Source: a virus
Length of the DNA stretch: 64,000 nucleotides
Strand: one strand, 5' to 3'
Virus record (IMG/VR): IMGVR_UViG_3300047483_000537
Span: 32,600 to 96,599 of that record
Of this stretch, positions 19,824 through 31,378 are shown one piece after another (position 1 is the stretch's first letter; each line of letters opens with the position of its first letter). Made by a program: the position numbers and the translations under genes. Below the pieces are notes generated by a model that ran no database searches, was not told where the DNA came from, and saw nothing but the letters and a program-made list of their open reading frames with translations.

Positions 19824-19852
19824 ATTATAGCACAAGGGCATAGTAAAGTCAA
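19824..19852 (-). promoter_or_regulatory. sigma70-type late promoter
   Basis: TTGACT-N17-TATAAT on the - strand. Confidence 0.75.
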
Positions 19853-19892
19853 CACAAAAAAATACCCACCTTTTATGGCGGGTATTTAATTT

Positions 19893-20606
19893 TTAAAACT
19901 CTTCTAAATCAACTGAACTAGTATACCTGGTGTATTGTGCGTAGCTAATCCCATTTAAATTAGTTAACTTACCATATATACTATACATTTGCTCTCGACT
20001 TTTGTCTACATCTTCGGGAAATGCTGACACAAAAACGCAGCCAAGCTTTCCTGTGTTTTTTAATATGTTAAAAAACTCATACTTGTCTGTATCCGTTAAA
20101 TACTCAAGCGCAAATTGTAGTGTTTTGTTACGAGGTCCTGGCGTGGTATACAGATCTCCACTCTGTAGTCGTTCTGAGATACTAGTATCCGCATATCCAG
20201 CAGTAATTCCAAAAGGAATATTATGTTGAGGACTCCAATAGTTTCCGACAATAAATCTACTAACTTTTACACTTGTGCTAAAAGTTACAGTAAAGTTTGT
20301 CTGATTACTTAGTCCAGTTAGATACGCTACCACATACTTACCTCCACCATAAGCATTTTGTAAGTTTACACTAGAGCTTACAGTGGTCTCTATTACTGGT
20401 GCGAATCCAGCAACTGTCATTGTTATAGCAGAAGTATGTTCTGGTAAATAAGCTACTACTGCTACACTTCCTGAAACCGGTACAGTAGTTAAGGTAAAAC
20501 TTGTACCTGTAGAAGTCTGCGATTTGTAGTCGTTAGTAGTTGGGTGTGCAGCTGAACCAGATACCTGTGTCAACTTGTTGCTATAAACTATCCTTAAATG
20601 TGCCAT
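19893..20606 (-). CDS. tail protein (distal-tail-like)
   Basis: Position in the tail module; 237 aa, beta-rich. Confidence 0.55.
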   Translation of the reverse strand: MAHLRIVYSNKLTQVSGSAAHPTTNDYKSQTSTGTSFTLTTVPVSGSVAVVAYLPEHTSAITMTVAGFAPVIETTVSSSVNLQNAYGGGKYVVAYLTGLSNQTNFTVTFSTSVKVSRFIVGNYWSPQHNIPFGITAGYADTSISERLQSGDLYTTPGPRNKTLQFALEYLTDTDKYEFFNILKNTGKLGCVFVSAFPEDVDKSREQMYSIYGKLTNLNGISYAQYTRYTSSVDLEEF

Positions 20607-20615
20607 TGTACTCCT

Positions 20616-22469
20616 TTATACACTAATACTGATAAACTTGTTGGCAAAATCTATTCTAAATAATCCGTCAGTACTAGTTATATTTAGTCCGACATTAATA
20701 GTGCCTGCGTTGATTTGGTTTGCTTCTACGCTATTAATATATGTACTATTAAGTTTCTGTGTAGTACTTAATATTACGCTACCATCAGTGGCCCTAACCT
20801 CTAGGCCGTTAGAGTTTATTTTTGCTGCAGTTACAGACCCTGTTACCAATAAGTTGCCATCAATTACAGTACCTGGAGTTACCCACTGTTGCGTGCTTGC
20901 ATTATAAGTAATAGTATATACGTAAGTTGTGCCGTTAGTGAATGTAACTGTATCACCTTCTATAGGTGTAGTAGGTATACTACCAGAAGTTGCTGCAGCA
21001 ATCAGTTGATTAGCTCTAACTGCATAGCTTGCAGCTCCTGCTGAATTTGGGGACAAAGTGTAAGTATTGACATATATAGAGCTATTAGAAAATAACTGTC
21101 GACTGCCTCTAGTACCGTTAGTACCGTTAGTACCGTTAGTGCCATTAGTGCCATTAGTGCCATTAGTACCATTAGTACCTGGAGTGCCTTGATCGCCTTT
21201 TTGTGCTAGTACTTTAGCTGTACTCCACTCAGTATTAGCTATAGTATCTGTAGTACTAGAGCTGGCAGCTGTAGCTTGTACTACCCAAATTACCGTTCCA
21301 TTACTAGCGTCAGGTATTGTTTGAGTCCAGCCACTAGGTATAGTTCCACTCAATACTGTTGTGGAAAAAGTATAAGTACTACTACCTGCAGTACTTAATG
21401 TTGGTGCTGTACTAGAATTATTATTGCGAGCATATAAAAATACACTTGCTGTGTTAATACCGTCAGTACCGTTAGTACCGTTAGTACCGTTAGTACCATT
21501 ACTACCGTTAGTACCATTACTACCGTTTTGTACTAACAATACTGGGCTAGCCCATTCTGTTGCAGCAATACTATCTGTTCCAGTAGTAGAACTAGCAGTA
21601 GCTATTGTAACGTACAAAGGATTACTTCCACTAGGAATACTTTTTGACCAGCTATTAGCTAAAGTAGCTGTTGTGATAACATTAGTAGAAAAACTATAGT
21701 CTACAGCGCCAGGGTTATCTGTGGGTGCTGCAGCAGATCGTTTATATGCATATACCAAAGCTGTACTAGATCCAGCACCTCCTGGAGTGCCGTCTATACC
21801 GTCTTGCGCAAAAAGTACCGGAGCTGACCATAAGGTATTAGAAAATTGATAGCTAAGCCCTATACCTGCGGCTAAAACTTGTGTAGTCCATAAGTATTTA
21901 CCAGCAGTTGACGAAGGTATATTTTGAGACCATCCGCTAGGCTGTCCAACTACTTGCGCAGAGTTGAAAGTATACGTGGAGTCGCCTGTAGTAGGTAATT
22001 CTGGTGCTTGGTTACTAGAGGTTCTTCTATATAGCACAACTTGAACGCTATTTATAGCATCTATACCATCTAAACCTTCTCGCAGAACTGGTATTGAAAG
22101 TATTGCTTCGCTTTGATTTACCCCAATATTACTAGTAGTTTCTGATACAATTACTTTATATTGTACGACCGTACCGGTACCCAAAGCTGTTAAAAAAGCA
22201 CTGTCTAGGTTTAATACTAAAGGATTAGTTGTGCTTGTAATATTTGTAAAACTACTCGTATTACCGAATCTATAACTCCAGGAATATGCAGGAGTTATAT
22301 ACCCTACAACATTGGCTGAAATAGTTATAGATGCAGGGGTAGGTACTAAAGCTTCTTTAGGTACTATAAGTGAAGTTGCTGCTCCGGAATCTAATGTAAC
22401 ACTAGCTCCAGTTATCCTACTAGAAGATGCAAATAGTAGTTCGTTTCTATCGTTTAATAGTTGTGCCAT
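20616..22469 (-). CDS. tail protein with collagen-like G-T-N repeats
   Basis: Three related Y.R...P...W...IP...W modules separated by (GTN)n tracts. Confidence 0.7.
   Translation of the reverse strand: MAQLLNDRNELLFASSSRITGASVTLDSGAATSLIVPKEALVPTPASITISANVVGYITPAYSWSYRFGNTSSFTNITSTTNPLVLNLDSAFLTALGTGTVVQYKVIVSETTSNIGVNQSEAILSIPVLREGLDGIDAINSVQVVLYRRTSSNQAPELPTTGDSTYTFNSAQVVGQPSGWSQNIPSSTAGKYLWTTQVLAAGIGLSYQFSNTLWSAPVLFAQDGIDGTPGGAGSSTALVYAYKRSAAAPTDNPGAVDYSFSTNVITTATLANSWSKSIPSGSNPLYVTIATASSTTGTDSIAATEWASPVLLVQNGSNGTNGSNGTNGTNGTNGTDGINTASVFLYARNNNSSTAPTLSTAGSSTYTFSTTVLSGTIPSGWTQTIPDASNGTVIWVVQATAASSSTTDTIANTEWSTAKVLAQKGDQGTPGTNGTNGTNGTNGTNGTNGTNGTRGSRQLFSNSSIYVNTYTLSPNSAGAASYAVRANQLIAAATSGSIPTTPIEGDTVTFTNGTTYVYTITYNASTQQWVTPGTVIDGNLLVTGSVTAAKINSNGLEVRATDGSVILSTTQKLNSTYINSVEANQINAGTINVGLNITSTDGLFRIDFANKFISISV
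21112..21179. repeat. 9-nt tandem repeat encoding (GTN)n
   Basis: GTACCGTTA and GTGCCATTA units. Confidence 0.9.
21466..21527. repeat. 9-nt tandem repeat encoding (G-T/S-N)n
   Basis: GTACCGTTA, GTACCATTA and CTACCGTTA units. Confidence 0.9.
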
Positions 22470-24016
22470 TAAATTAATACCCCAATCTCAATATTACCAC
22501 GTAGCCAATTAGGTTTAGCAGACACTACTAAACCAACACTTCCTGAATTTAGCCCAAATCTAGTGGTAGTTAGTGTAACAGCATCCCCAACTTGAACATT
22601 TAAAAATTTTGCGGTACATACCATTCTATATATTCTTCGTTGTGTTTTAAATAGCTGTAGTTTTTTTAATGCTACAGCATCTGCTTGCGTTTTATCAATA
22701 AGATAAGTAGATTCTAGTGTCGGTTCTACAGTAATTTCGTATGCTATTTTTGAAGCAGCATCCTTGCTTGTACTCTCTAACCATTCTGTTGAATAGAGCA
22801 CTTTATGCTGTTCAGGTATTCCGGTTAATAAGTTGTTTTGAACTGTCCAATTTTTAGCATAACCTAGTTTAACTGCTGCTATAACCGGTAGTTTTTCTAC
22901 TAATTGTAAAGAATTTAGTAGCATGTCACTATCTTGAATGTTTATATTTGCTGAAACAGGGATTTTTAAATCTACTAGTTTAACTTTCCCTGTTCGGGTC
23001 GTAGATACGATTAACCCGCTACTTTTCGCTATTTCTTGGCAAATACTTAAAACATTTTGTCTGTCAGAAATATATACGCCAACAGCTTCTGTACCCAAGT
23101 TTTGAAAACTTGTGTTATCTAATTCTGTATATTCTAATTGCTCACCGTAAAACTTTAAAAGAGTGGCAATAGTATTACTAACAGTATTTGTATATATATC
23201 TACGGCTGTAGAGTTTTGTATATTTACAGTACGTTTTACACCTTGAACAGAACATGTTATTGCGCCGACAGGTGCGCGCAACAACCTAAAACTCCCGGGA
23301 GGTATTACTACTGTACCAGAAATTTCGAAAGGCACAGGTACACCGTTATCACGCACTTCTATAATCTGCTCAACTGCCTCAGCATTTACCATGTACTCTA
23401 ATAAGGTAGGGTCTGTTAGTAAGGGAGTAATATTATGTACTTCTCCAAATACTAATGGCTTTAAATTATTACGAAACTGATTAACGGTAGTAGTTTCGGA
23501 CACTATAGTGCCTTGAAAATAATTTCCTAATAAATCTTCGCTTACAGAAGTATTGAGCTTCTGTAGTTTATCTCGTATTTTTATATTTAACTCGGATCTA
23601 CTCTTGGAATCAATATCTGCAACTACTCCATCAAAAATTAATTCAAAGTCCAATAGTGTATTTGATACTCCTGTGGCAGGTAGTGAGCCTATATAAATTT
23701 TTATAGGTTTGTTTACCCAGACATTGTCCAGCCAACTATCGTACTGTCCGGAGGAGTTCGCTATTTCAATGTCCCCAAAACTAATAGCAGCTGAGTAGTT
23801 GGTAGATATTGACTCTTCTAGCGTTATTGTACCTTTAATTACTGGTAGGTACTCTATACCGTCTACTGTTACTGCATGCGTTGATAGGTATTTAGTAGTT
23901 AGTACTCCGCCTACAAGCACTTGTACTTGCACAATAGCTATTCTAACTGTATTAGGTGTTTCTAACCAAGTCTGATAATTATTCATCATACTCCTTTCAT
24001 TATTCTTAAAAACCAA
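22469..24016 (-). CDS. tail tip / hub protein
   Basis: Directly downstream of the tape measure; KPLVFGEVHNITP, VRDNGVPV. Confidence 0.65.
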   Translation of the reverse strand: MVFKNNERSMMNNYQTWLETPNTVRIAIVQVQVLVGGVLTTKYLSTHAVTVDGIEYLPVIKGTITLEESISTNYSAAISFGDIEIANSSGQYDSWLDNVWVNKPIKIYIGSLPATGVSNTLLDFELIFDGVVADIDSKSRSELNIKIRDKLQKLNTSVSEDLLGNYFQGTIVSETTTVNQFRNNLKPLVFGEVHNITPLLTDPTLLEYMVNAEAVEQIIEVRDNGVPVPFEISGTVVIPPGSFRLLRAPVGAITCSVQGVKRTVNIQNSTAVDIYTNTVSNTIATLLKFYGEQLEYTELDNTSFQNLGTEAVGVYISDRQNVLSICQEIAKSSGLIVSTTRTGKVKLVDLKIPVSANINIQDSDMLLNSLQLVEKLPVIAAVKLGYAKNWTVQNNLLTGIPEQHKVLYSTEWLESTSKDAASKIAYEITVEPTLESTYLIDKTQADAVALKKLQLFKTQRRIYRMVCTAKFLNVQVGDAVTLTTTRFGLNSGSVGLVVSAKPNWLRGNIEIGVLI

Positions 24017-24064
24017 TGTACTAAGATTCTTAAGAATAAGGCCTCTTTCGAAGCCTTATCTATC

Positions 24065-27000
24065 TTACTTAATTTCAGATTTTGAACGATTAATCCAAAC
24101 AGCTTCTCCGTTAGTATCTACTACTGCAGATACTACTTCCTGAGAGGCTTTCTGATTTGCGTCATAGTTACTTAATATTAAGTCACCAGTCTGCTGTTTT
24201 TGCTCTTTGCGTAATTGTGCTAATTCTTGTTTTACTTGTCGCAGTTCTTGAACTACCTGACCCATGTTACTATTTGCACTTGCTTGAGGTGTAAACATAC
24301 CACGAGTCTGATCTGCTGGATAAACCATACCTGGATAAGTAAAGTCAACAAGTTCAGGACCTAATTCACCAACTAATGTTAGCCCGCTTGCGCGTCCTCC
24401 ACGAGCTTTTTGAGGTACTCCAGCAATAATAGCTATATTACTATTAATTTCTTCTAATAAAGTAGTTTGAATACTTAAGTTAGTTAATTGAAGCTCAGCC
24501 ACACTAGCACTGGCACTGGCACTTATAGTAGCATCATCTAATTTAGTTAACACACTGTTAAAATCAGAAGTATAAGCCTCACTACTAGCAAAATAAGTTC
24601 TTGAAGCTTCTAAGAAACTTTGTGCAGAACTTGTTACTTTGCTCATAGCAACAGTATCACCAGCCACAGCTTGCGCGTAGATATCCTCAAACTGAGATCT
24701 TGCTTGAGCATATTTTTGCTCTGGCGTTAGAGTTGAACTAGCTCCAAGTAGTAAGGATTCCTTAAAATCTTTGATTTGCTGTATAAAGTCACGGAAACCT
24801 TGTGCAGCATCTTCTAAAGCTTGGCTCTGATCTTCGACAGCACTGATAACAGTACTGAAACCTGGTGCTAGATCCATTAGACTTTGGTAAGTACTAATAC
24901 CGGACAAAGTAGTTAAATCCAAGCTTTTTACAAGGGCTACAAACTCCGCTTTAGTATCTACACTAGCATAACCTAATTGAGCTAGTCTAGTTACGACTGC
25001 TTTTTGAACAGGTGCTACGCGCTCTGCTTCTGTTAAAAAGTTTTCAGCAAAGTATCTGCTTTGATCTAAAAACTCTTCTAGCCCACCGGCTGCTTCTGCT
25101 AAAGCTTCTGTTACTCCATATAGTGTTGTTAAGTCAACTGTTAAACCTAGATTTTTTACGGCTTGATTTATCTTTTCATTGGTATCAACTACACGAATTA
25201 CGGTTTCTAACATACCTTCGCCAAATTCCGCAAACTTTTCAAAGTTTCTGAATATGGCGAGACTTGCGTCATCTAGTATAGTGCCTATAATTGCACTTAA
25301 CTCTTGCTGGAATTCTTCGCCTTTTAGACCGCGTAAACTTGCGAACTCTTTGCCTACATTTAAATTATTAAGAACACTAGTTACAACATTTTCATCTATA
25401 CCTGCTTTTGAACCAACTTCAATAAATAGTTTGGTAGCGTTACCAAATATATCTTTAAAGAAGCTACTTGTAGCATCGTCAACCTCTTGGCGTTTAGTTT
25501 CAACCCAAGTACTTGTTTTACCGTACCAAGTTTTCTTTGAAACAGTTACTTGCTCAAAAAAGTCAATAACTGCCTTATTAGTATCACTAGCGAGCTGTCC
25601 GAACGTGCCTTCGATAATTAAACCACTATCAGTAATATTACGAGTAGTTTTACTACCAAAAACACCAGTTCCAAGCAATCCGCCCCCACTTTGTGTTCCA
25701 GTTACTGTACCAAACATACTGCCGCTACGCAGGCCTTCAATAGAGTATAAACCTTTAGCAGTTTTATTAATACCGGAATCAATACTTGTTAGCAAAGCTA
25801 CCATTTTATTGTCGTAACTTAAGCCATCAACACTAGTTTCACGAATTAATTCTAAGCTATTAGCAATCGACTCAGACTTAGCTTCAGTATCACCAAATAC
25901 TCCGCGACGAACCTGTATTTTTGCACCTTCACTATTCCAACCCATTGCAGTACCTTGGGTTTCTTGGCGCTGTTCTGAACTAGGTACAAATCCGCCCTTA
26001 GCCCCACCTTTACCAAACATAGCAAACATAGCAGCTACTAAAGCTGTTGCAACTGCAGGTCCGGCAATAGGCCCTAATTGACCAATAGTTTTACCGTATA
26101 TTTCTGCTGCATAAGCAGGTAATCTGCCAATAGTACCTGCAAAAGTTAAACTAGTATCTGCCGCTTCTGCCCCTGCTTTAGCTGCTGTTCCAGTAGCTAA
26201 ACTACCTAATTTTACAGCCAACTCTTTTGCATCCATAGCTAATTTAGTTATGTGCATTACTTTTTCAATACCATTAAGTATCTTATAAGCAGCTGTTTTT
26301 TCTTTGAACAGTTTTTTAGCAGAATTAACAGTTTTTATATCATCTGCTAGCTCTTGTTTAGCATTTAGTTTCTTGGTTTTTGCTAGATTTTCTTCTGCAG
26401 CGCTGACTGCGTCGTAGTCCATGGTTTCCCATGCTTTATCAACACTTGCCTGTGCTGCCTTTTCAGACTTAGCACGTTTATCTGCGTTAATAGCTACTTC
26501 AGTCATTGTTGTAGCAACGTCGCCAAGCGCAGATGCTATACGCACTGAACTTTCTGCCGCACCCTCAAAGGCACCTTTTAGGCTGTTAGAAAAATCATTT
26601 GCTGTAGTAAGTAATTGATTATATCGTTCTTGCTCTGCATTAGTTTCGCGAGTAATACCCAGAATCTGCAATAATACATCTAATGTAGCTTTTGCTTTTT
26701 TGGTGCTATTATCATAAGTATCTTGAATTTTTGTGCGTTCAGCGGTTAATTCCTTTTGTGCAGTTAGTTCGGCCTCTGTATACTGTACGGCAGAATCAAA
26801 TCCCTGCGCTTCCTTATCAAATTGTGCAATACGCGCATCGCGAGTAGCATTAAGCTCTTCTTCTTTACGCTTAATTTCCTCTATAGCTGTTTTTTGCGTG
26901 TTTTGTGCAACCACAGACTCCTTGGCAAACTCAAGCTGAGCTTTCTTTTCTGCTAGAACGCTTTTTTCTCGTAAAATATATTCGGCGGACAGCAAACCTG

Positions 27001-30000
27001 TGGCTGCTTGAACGTCCAATAATTTTTCACTAGTATCTAATTGCTGGGCCTTTGCTTCTAGTGTTCTTGTATCTGCTGTAAACTGATCGTTTATAGCTTT
27101 TACAGTAGACTTATTAGCAGCATTAATTAGTTCTAGTCTGTTCTTTAGACCTTGTGTAACAATAGATCCGGCATAAGCGGCCTCATTTGCTTCTCTAACC
27201 TGCTCTACACTTGCGATTTCTTTGTCTATATCTGCAAGCTTATTCTTGCTATCTTTGTCTTTTGTACTAACAGCTTTTTTAGACTCTTTAAAACGTTCTA
27301 TCTGCACTTCGGCAGCTAGGGCGCTCTTTTGGTAATTAAACTGCGCAATACGCGCATCTAGCGCTTGTTTTTCTAAGATAGCAGCGGTGTTAGTTTCTGA
27401 ATTTAAAGTCTTACTTACTGCTAAACGTTCTTGGTCAACTTTTAGTGCATCCAGTGTAAGCTGTAGATTCTCTCCACGTTTCTTGAAGTCTAATTGTATT
27501 AAACTATCACTTGTACTAACGTCAATTGCCTTAAATTGAGCATTAATATTTGCCAACTGTGCTCCACTTGCTTCCAAACTTTGGGCTAAGTTAAGCATGT
27601 CATTAGTAACTCCAGGTACTCCTTTGGTTATTTGTGTAACCAAGTCTGCATACATACCTTTTTGTGAACCACCTTTTTGTGCTGATTGAACCTGTTCTTT
27701 GCGCTTGTCTAAGGCGAACTGTCTGGTTGCAATCTCTTTTCCTGCTGCGTCTGCTGCGCTGCCCTTTAAGTCCATATTCTGCTTGTCACGATCTAAAGAG
27801 CTTTGCTCTAGTGCAATAGTATTAGCTTCGGTGGCAAGTATTGCAGCTCGTTGAACTTTTATTTGCTGAGCCTGTACGCTTAACATAAGCTTTTCGGCTT
27901 GTGCTCGCATTTTAATTCCGGTTTCAGTTCCTGATAGTACTGTAGCTACTGCGTTAGTAACAGTAACACCGGCTTTAGCCCACTCAGTAGATAGTTTGCT
28001 GGATACTATATCAGCACCTGTTTTAAAAACAGCTAGCTGTGCTTGGCTAACAAGCGTACTTGCATTATCTATTTGTGCACGCATGTCTAGCTGAACTTGT
28101 ACTTTTACATCGCGATTTGCTTTTAATGCAGCAATCTGTGCATTAACGTTTCGCAATGCCTGTCCAGCACTTATATTTGAAGCAGTAGCAAGTTTTGTTA
28201 GGGCAATTTGACTATTTGCAGTATCTTGCAGTTTAGAAATTTCTACGTCAATATCTGCAATAGATTTAGCTACATAGTTTAGACTATCTATGTCTCGACT
28301 AATATCTTGCAATGCAACAACTAGGCCAGTTGGGGCGTCTACATCACGAATACGTTCTGCTAAAGTTCTAATTGCTTGCAGTTTCTGTTCAGGATCTTTG
28401 AGTGCTTGGTCTAACTTAAAGAAAGCATCTACTAAACTTTGGCCATATTCGGTGGTAGGATCTTTTTGTATAAAGTTTGTTCTAAACTTTGTTAAAGCGT
28501 CTTTGGCTTTGTCAAAAGCAGCTACAACTTCGGTACCACGAGATGCACTAACTTGCATTTCGTAGCCCATTGTTTTAATGCTTGCGCTAATAAGGTCTAA
28601 GGCACGACGGCGTTCGCCTGAGCTCATTGCATCCAAAGCATCGTTAACAGCATCTACTGAACTTAAATCTTCAACTTTTAAAATATCTTGAATAGTTTTA
28701 GCAGCGGCTTTACCAGCACTAGTAGATTGATCGATTGTTTTGAATACGCGAGCTAAACCTTGCGACACTTTGTCTGATAGTTCTGACTCTACATCACCAT
28801 CCCATAGTTTTGTTACCCAATTAACAAAACGGTCGCTACCACCCATTTTATCAAGCTCTTTATAAGCGCTTTCAAATCCTTTGCGAATCTGCGAAGTTAA
28901 GTCTGCTATGGCTGTTGCTTTAGCAGCTATTGATTTAGGGTCAAATTGTTCTAATATAGATTTCTTATTGATAGCATCAATTGTATCAGATAAGTTTTTA
29001 GTAGAATCTTTGATTGCTGTTAGTGCTGTTGAAGTAGCTGCGGACTCTTCTTGGGTTTTAGACATCCAAGAAATAAGTGCTCCACCTGCGGCTACAACTA
29101 AACCAATTACTTGCAACCAAGGAGCAAATGCGTTAATAGCTGTACCAAGTGCAGCTGTCATACCAACAGCTGCATTTTTAGCCAAGTTTAAACTACGACT
29201 AAATAAGCCTAGGCCTTTTGTAGTTGTTGTTAGTGTAGTACCAGTCTTTTGACCGGACTCGTCCAATAAGTCCATTGTGGTAACTATACCATCTTTGGAA
29301 GCAGAAAACTCTTTTACAGCTTCGCGCATACCCGCCATAAACCCACGAGTACTAGAAGTATAAGCTATCTGACTACTAGCGGAACGCTGACGCGAAGCAT
29401 TGACCTCATCGTGGTATACTTTTTCATTTTGACCAATTGTAGTCCACAGAGGGTGTTGTTCGGTTAGAATAATATTGCGATCTTTTTGCGCTTTATTATA
29501 TTCTTCTTCTACCTTTTTATAAGCAGAAATGTCAACTGCAATCTGTTTGTATACTTCCGATACTTTTGTTTGTTTCTTAGCTAAATTTTCCAGATAAGCA
29601 ATATTCTCTGGAGTAATATCCACAGGGTCTAGCTGAGATATTCTTAGAGCTTCTTTATCGTACTTGGCTAACTTTTTAGCATTTGTTGCTTTTAAGTCTA
29701 CTAGCTTTTTACTACTGGCTTCGAACTTAGCAAACTCTGCTTCTGCGGCATCATCTAATGCCTGAATTCTCATTGCCATTTCGGCGCCAAGAGAAGTTTT
29801 AACGTCCTGTAGTTTCTTTTGTGAAACTGCCTTGGATTCTTCAGCAGCTTTAGCTAAACCAGCTCGAAAGTCTGAAATAGCTGGGATTGCTTGTTTTACT
29901 AGTGTGGCGGCGATACCGCTTAATACAACGGCTAAAGCTGTCGGACTAGCGGACAATAGGTTAACCAGTGGGGTTAGTCCTTTGTTAACTAACTCAAGAG

Positions 30001-30874
30001 TATCCTGAGCTAAGTTTGAAATAGTGGCAGCTAGTTTTGTATATGGATTAGTGTCAAGATCGATAGCCCCAAACTTCTTTTCAGCTTGATCTAGTACAGC
30101 ATTTGCAAATGCCTGACGTTTTTCAAAGTCAGTAACAGCACTAGCAGCTTTTCCTGTTGATTCTGCATACTTTTTAACCACGTCATCAACGCGTACAAAA
30201 ATACCCAATTCATCTAGTAATTCAGGCTCTAGTTTAGTAATACCGCGGCTGATACGACTAACAGCATCACTCATGTTAACACCAAGAGCCTGTGAAGCTT
30301 TTAGTGCAGCTTGACCCATTCGCAAAATATTTTCGCTACTCATACCACTAGAGCTTGCCTTGGCTGTTGCTTCCATGGCTTCACGTAAGCTAATAGCCCC
30401 ACCTGTTGTGTTAGCTAGTTGTTTACTTAAGCTTCCCAGAGCTGTTCCGCTTGCAGCACCTAATTGGTCTAATCCGCGTACCATGTTACTAGTATCCATA
30501 GCACCGCTTAATGCTCGAAATGCTGCACCTACAGCGAATACGTTAGCAGCGTATGTAGCATACAATCTAACAATACCGCCTAAACCTTGCGCTTGATTTG
30601 CGAAATCACGGGCACTAGCACCGGTTGTGCCTGCACTGCCACGAGCACGGCCATAGTCTTCTCCACTCATTAGTCCCTGAACACCGCTAGGCGCACCTTT
30701 TGCGTATACAGCGCGCGAGCCTGGAGTACCGCCTGCAGGCTTACTTGCGGTTTCTGCAGCTTTCTGAGCCCTATTAGCTGCCGATTCTATTTCTTGAAAG
30801 TTTTTTACAACTTTCTTGGCTGTGCCGTTATCACTAACGTTTACGCCAATATTTACAGTATTTTGTGTGGCCAT
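24065..30874 (-). CDS. tape measure protein
   Basis: 2269 aa, Ala-rich and helical; N-terminal ARDFANQAQGLGGIVRLYA...KLEPELLDELGI resembles T5 pb2; follows the chaperones. Confidence 0.92.
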   Translation of the reverse strand: MATQNTVNIGVNVSDNGTAKKVVKNFQEIESAANRAQKAAETASKPAGGTPGSRAVYAKGAPSGVQGLMSGEDYGRARGSAGTTGASARDFANQAQGLGGIVRLYATYAANVFAVGAAFRALSGAMDTSNMVRGLDQLGAASGTALGSLSKQLANTTGGAISLREAMEATAKASSSGMSSENILRMGQAALKASQALGVNMSDAVSRISRGITKLEPELLDELGIFVRVDDVVKKYAESTGKAASAVTDFEKRQAFANAVLDQAEKKFGAIDLDTNPYTKLAATISNLAQDTLELVNKGLTPLVNLLSASPTALAVVLSGIAATLVKQAIPAISDFRAGLAKAAEESKAVSQKKLQDVKTSLGAEMAMRIQALDDAAEAEFAKFEASSKKLVDLKATNAKKLAKYDKEALRISQLDPVDITPENIAYLENLAKKQTKVSEVYKQIAVDISAYKKVEEEYNKAQKDRNIILTEQHPLWTTIGQNEKVYHDEVNASRQRSASSQIAYTSSTRGFMAGMREAVKEFSASKDGIVTTMDLLDESGQKTGTTLTTTTKGLGLFSRSLNLAKNAAVGMTAALGTAINAFAPWLQVIGLVVAAGGALISWMSKTQEESAATSTALTAIKDSTKNLSDTIDAINKKSILEQFDPKSIAAKATAIADLTSQIRKGFESAYKELDKMGGSDRFVNWVTKLWDGDVESELSDKVSQGLARVFKTIDQSTSAGKAAAKTIQDILKVEDLSSVDAVNDALDAMSSGERRRALDLISASIKTMGYEMQVSASRGTEVVAAFDKAKDALTKFRTNFIQKDPTTEYGQSLVDAFFKLDQALKDPEQKLQAIRTLAERIRDVDAPTGLVVALQDISRDIDSLNYVAKSIADIDVEISKLQDTANSQIALTKLATASNISAGQALRNVNAQIAALKANRDVKVQVQLDMRAQIDNASTLVSQAQLAVFKTGADIVSSKLSTEWAKAGVTVTNAVATVLSGTETGIKMRAQAEKLMLSVQAQQIKVQRAAILATEANTIALEQSSLDRDKQNMDLKGSAADAAGKEIATRQFALDKRKEQVQSAQKGGSQKGMYADLVTQITKGVPGVTNDMLNLAQSLEASGAQLANINAQFKAIDVSTSDSLIQLDFKKRGENLQLTLDALKVDQERLAVSKTLNSETNTAAILEKQALDARIAQFNYQKSALAAEVQIERFKESKKAVSTKDKDSKNKLADIDKEIASVEQVREANEAAYAGSIVTQGLKNRLELINAANKSTVKAINDQFTADTRTLEAKAQQLDTSEKLLDVQAATGLLSAEYILREKSVLAEKKAQLEFAKESVVAQNTQKTAIEEIKRKEEELNATRDARIAQFDKEAQGFDSAVQYTEAELTAQKELTAERTKIQDTYDNSTKKAKATLDVLLQILGITRETNAEQERYNQLLTTANDFSNSLKGAFEGAAESSVRIASALGDVATTMTEVAINADKRAKSEKAAQASVDKAWETMDYDAVSAAEENLAKTKKLNAKQELADDIKTVNSAKKLFKEKTAAYKILNGIEKVMHITKLAMDAKELAVKLGSLATGTAAKAGAEAADTSLTFAGTIGRLPAYAAEIYGKTIGQLGPIAGPAVATALVAAMFAMFGKGGAKGGFVPSSEQRQETQGTAMGWNSEGAKIQVRRGVFGDTEAKSESIANSLELIRETSVDGLSYDNKMVALLTSIDSGINKTAKGLYSIEGLRSGSMFGTVTGTQSGGGLLGTGVFGSKTTRNITDSGLIIEGTFGQLASDTNKAVIDFFEQVTVSKKTWYGKTSTWVETKRQEVDDATSSFFKDIFGNATKLFIEVGSKAGIDENVVTSVLNNLNVGKEFASLRGLKGEEFQQELSAIIGTILDDASLAIFRNFEKFAEFGEGMLETVIRVVDTNEKINQAVKNLGLTVDLTTLYGVTEALAEAAGGLEEFLDQSRYFAENFLTEAERVAPVQKAVVTRLAQLGYASVDTKAEFVALVKSLDLTTLSGISTYQSLMDLAPGFSTVISAVEDQSQALEDAAQGFRDFIQQIKDFKESLLLGASSTLTPEQKYAQARSQFEDIYAQAVAGDTVAMSKVTSSAQSFLEASRTYFASSEAYTSDFNSVLTKLDDATISASASASVAELQLTNLSIQTTLLEEINSNIAIIAGVPQKARGGRASGLTLVGELGPELVDFTYPGMVYPADQTRGMFTPQASANSNMGQVVQELRQVKQELAQLRKEQKQQTGDLILSNYDANQKASQEVVSAVVDTNGEAVWINRSKSEIK

Positions 30875-30941
30875 CTGTTCTCCTAATAGCTAAACACGGT
30901 CCTCAGCTTTAAAATTAAAACAGGGATTTATAGTTTACACG

Positions 30942-30970
30942 ATTATATCACACAGGCACAGATTTGTCAA
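30942..30970 (-). promoter_or_regulatory. sigma70-type promoter for the tape-measure unit
   Basis: TTGACA-N17-TATAAT on the - strand. Confidence 0.8.
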
Positions 30971-31007
30971 ACCGAAATTTTTTAGCTACAAAAAAGCCCA
31001 CAGCATA

Positions 31008-31328
31008 TTACTGCTGTGGGCTATTTGCTTTGATTTTTTGCTGTATTATTTTCTGTCGCACACTGTCCATGTGCTGTAAGAAATCAAGTGCCAGTAGTAT
31101 TTCTTCGTGATCTGTTATAGTATATACATTAAATAAGTTAAAGACTATGGCATAGTCTTTGCCCATATAACCGCCACCCATCGAATCCCAGCAATCAGGC
31201 AGTATTCCGTATATAACAAAACACTGCTGCACCAAGTTTGGAAAGTCTCCAAGCTCTATGGGGATTTCTTCTTCGATAGGTTCTTGGTTTAGGGCCTCAC
31301 ACATTTCAAAATAAGCATCCTTGCTCAT
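31008..31328 (-). CDS. tail assembly chaperone, C-terminal frameshift segment (gpT-like)
   Basis: In frame with the -1 frame that is open from the slippery site at 31397-31403. Confidence 0.8.
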   Translation of the reverse strand: MSKDAYFEMCEALNQEPIEEEIPIELGDFPNLVQQCFVIYGILPDCWDSMGGGYMGKDYAIVFNLFNVYTITDHEEILLALDFLQHMDSVRQKIIQQKIKANSPQQ

Positions 31329-31378
31329 ATGAATATCTAAGTTTTGATAGTATCTACGTAACTGATCTTTTATTACTG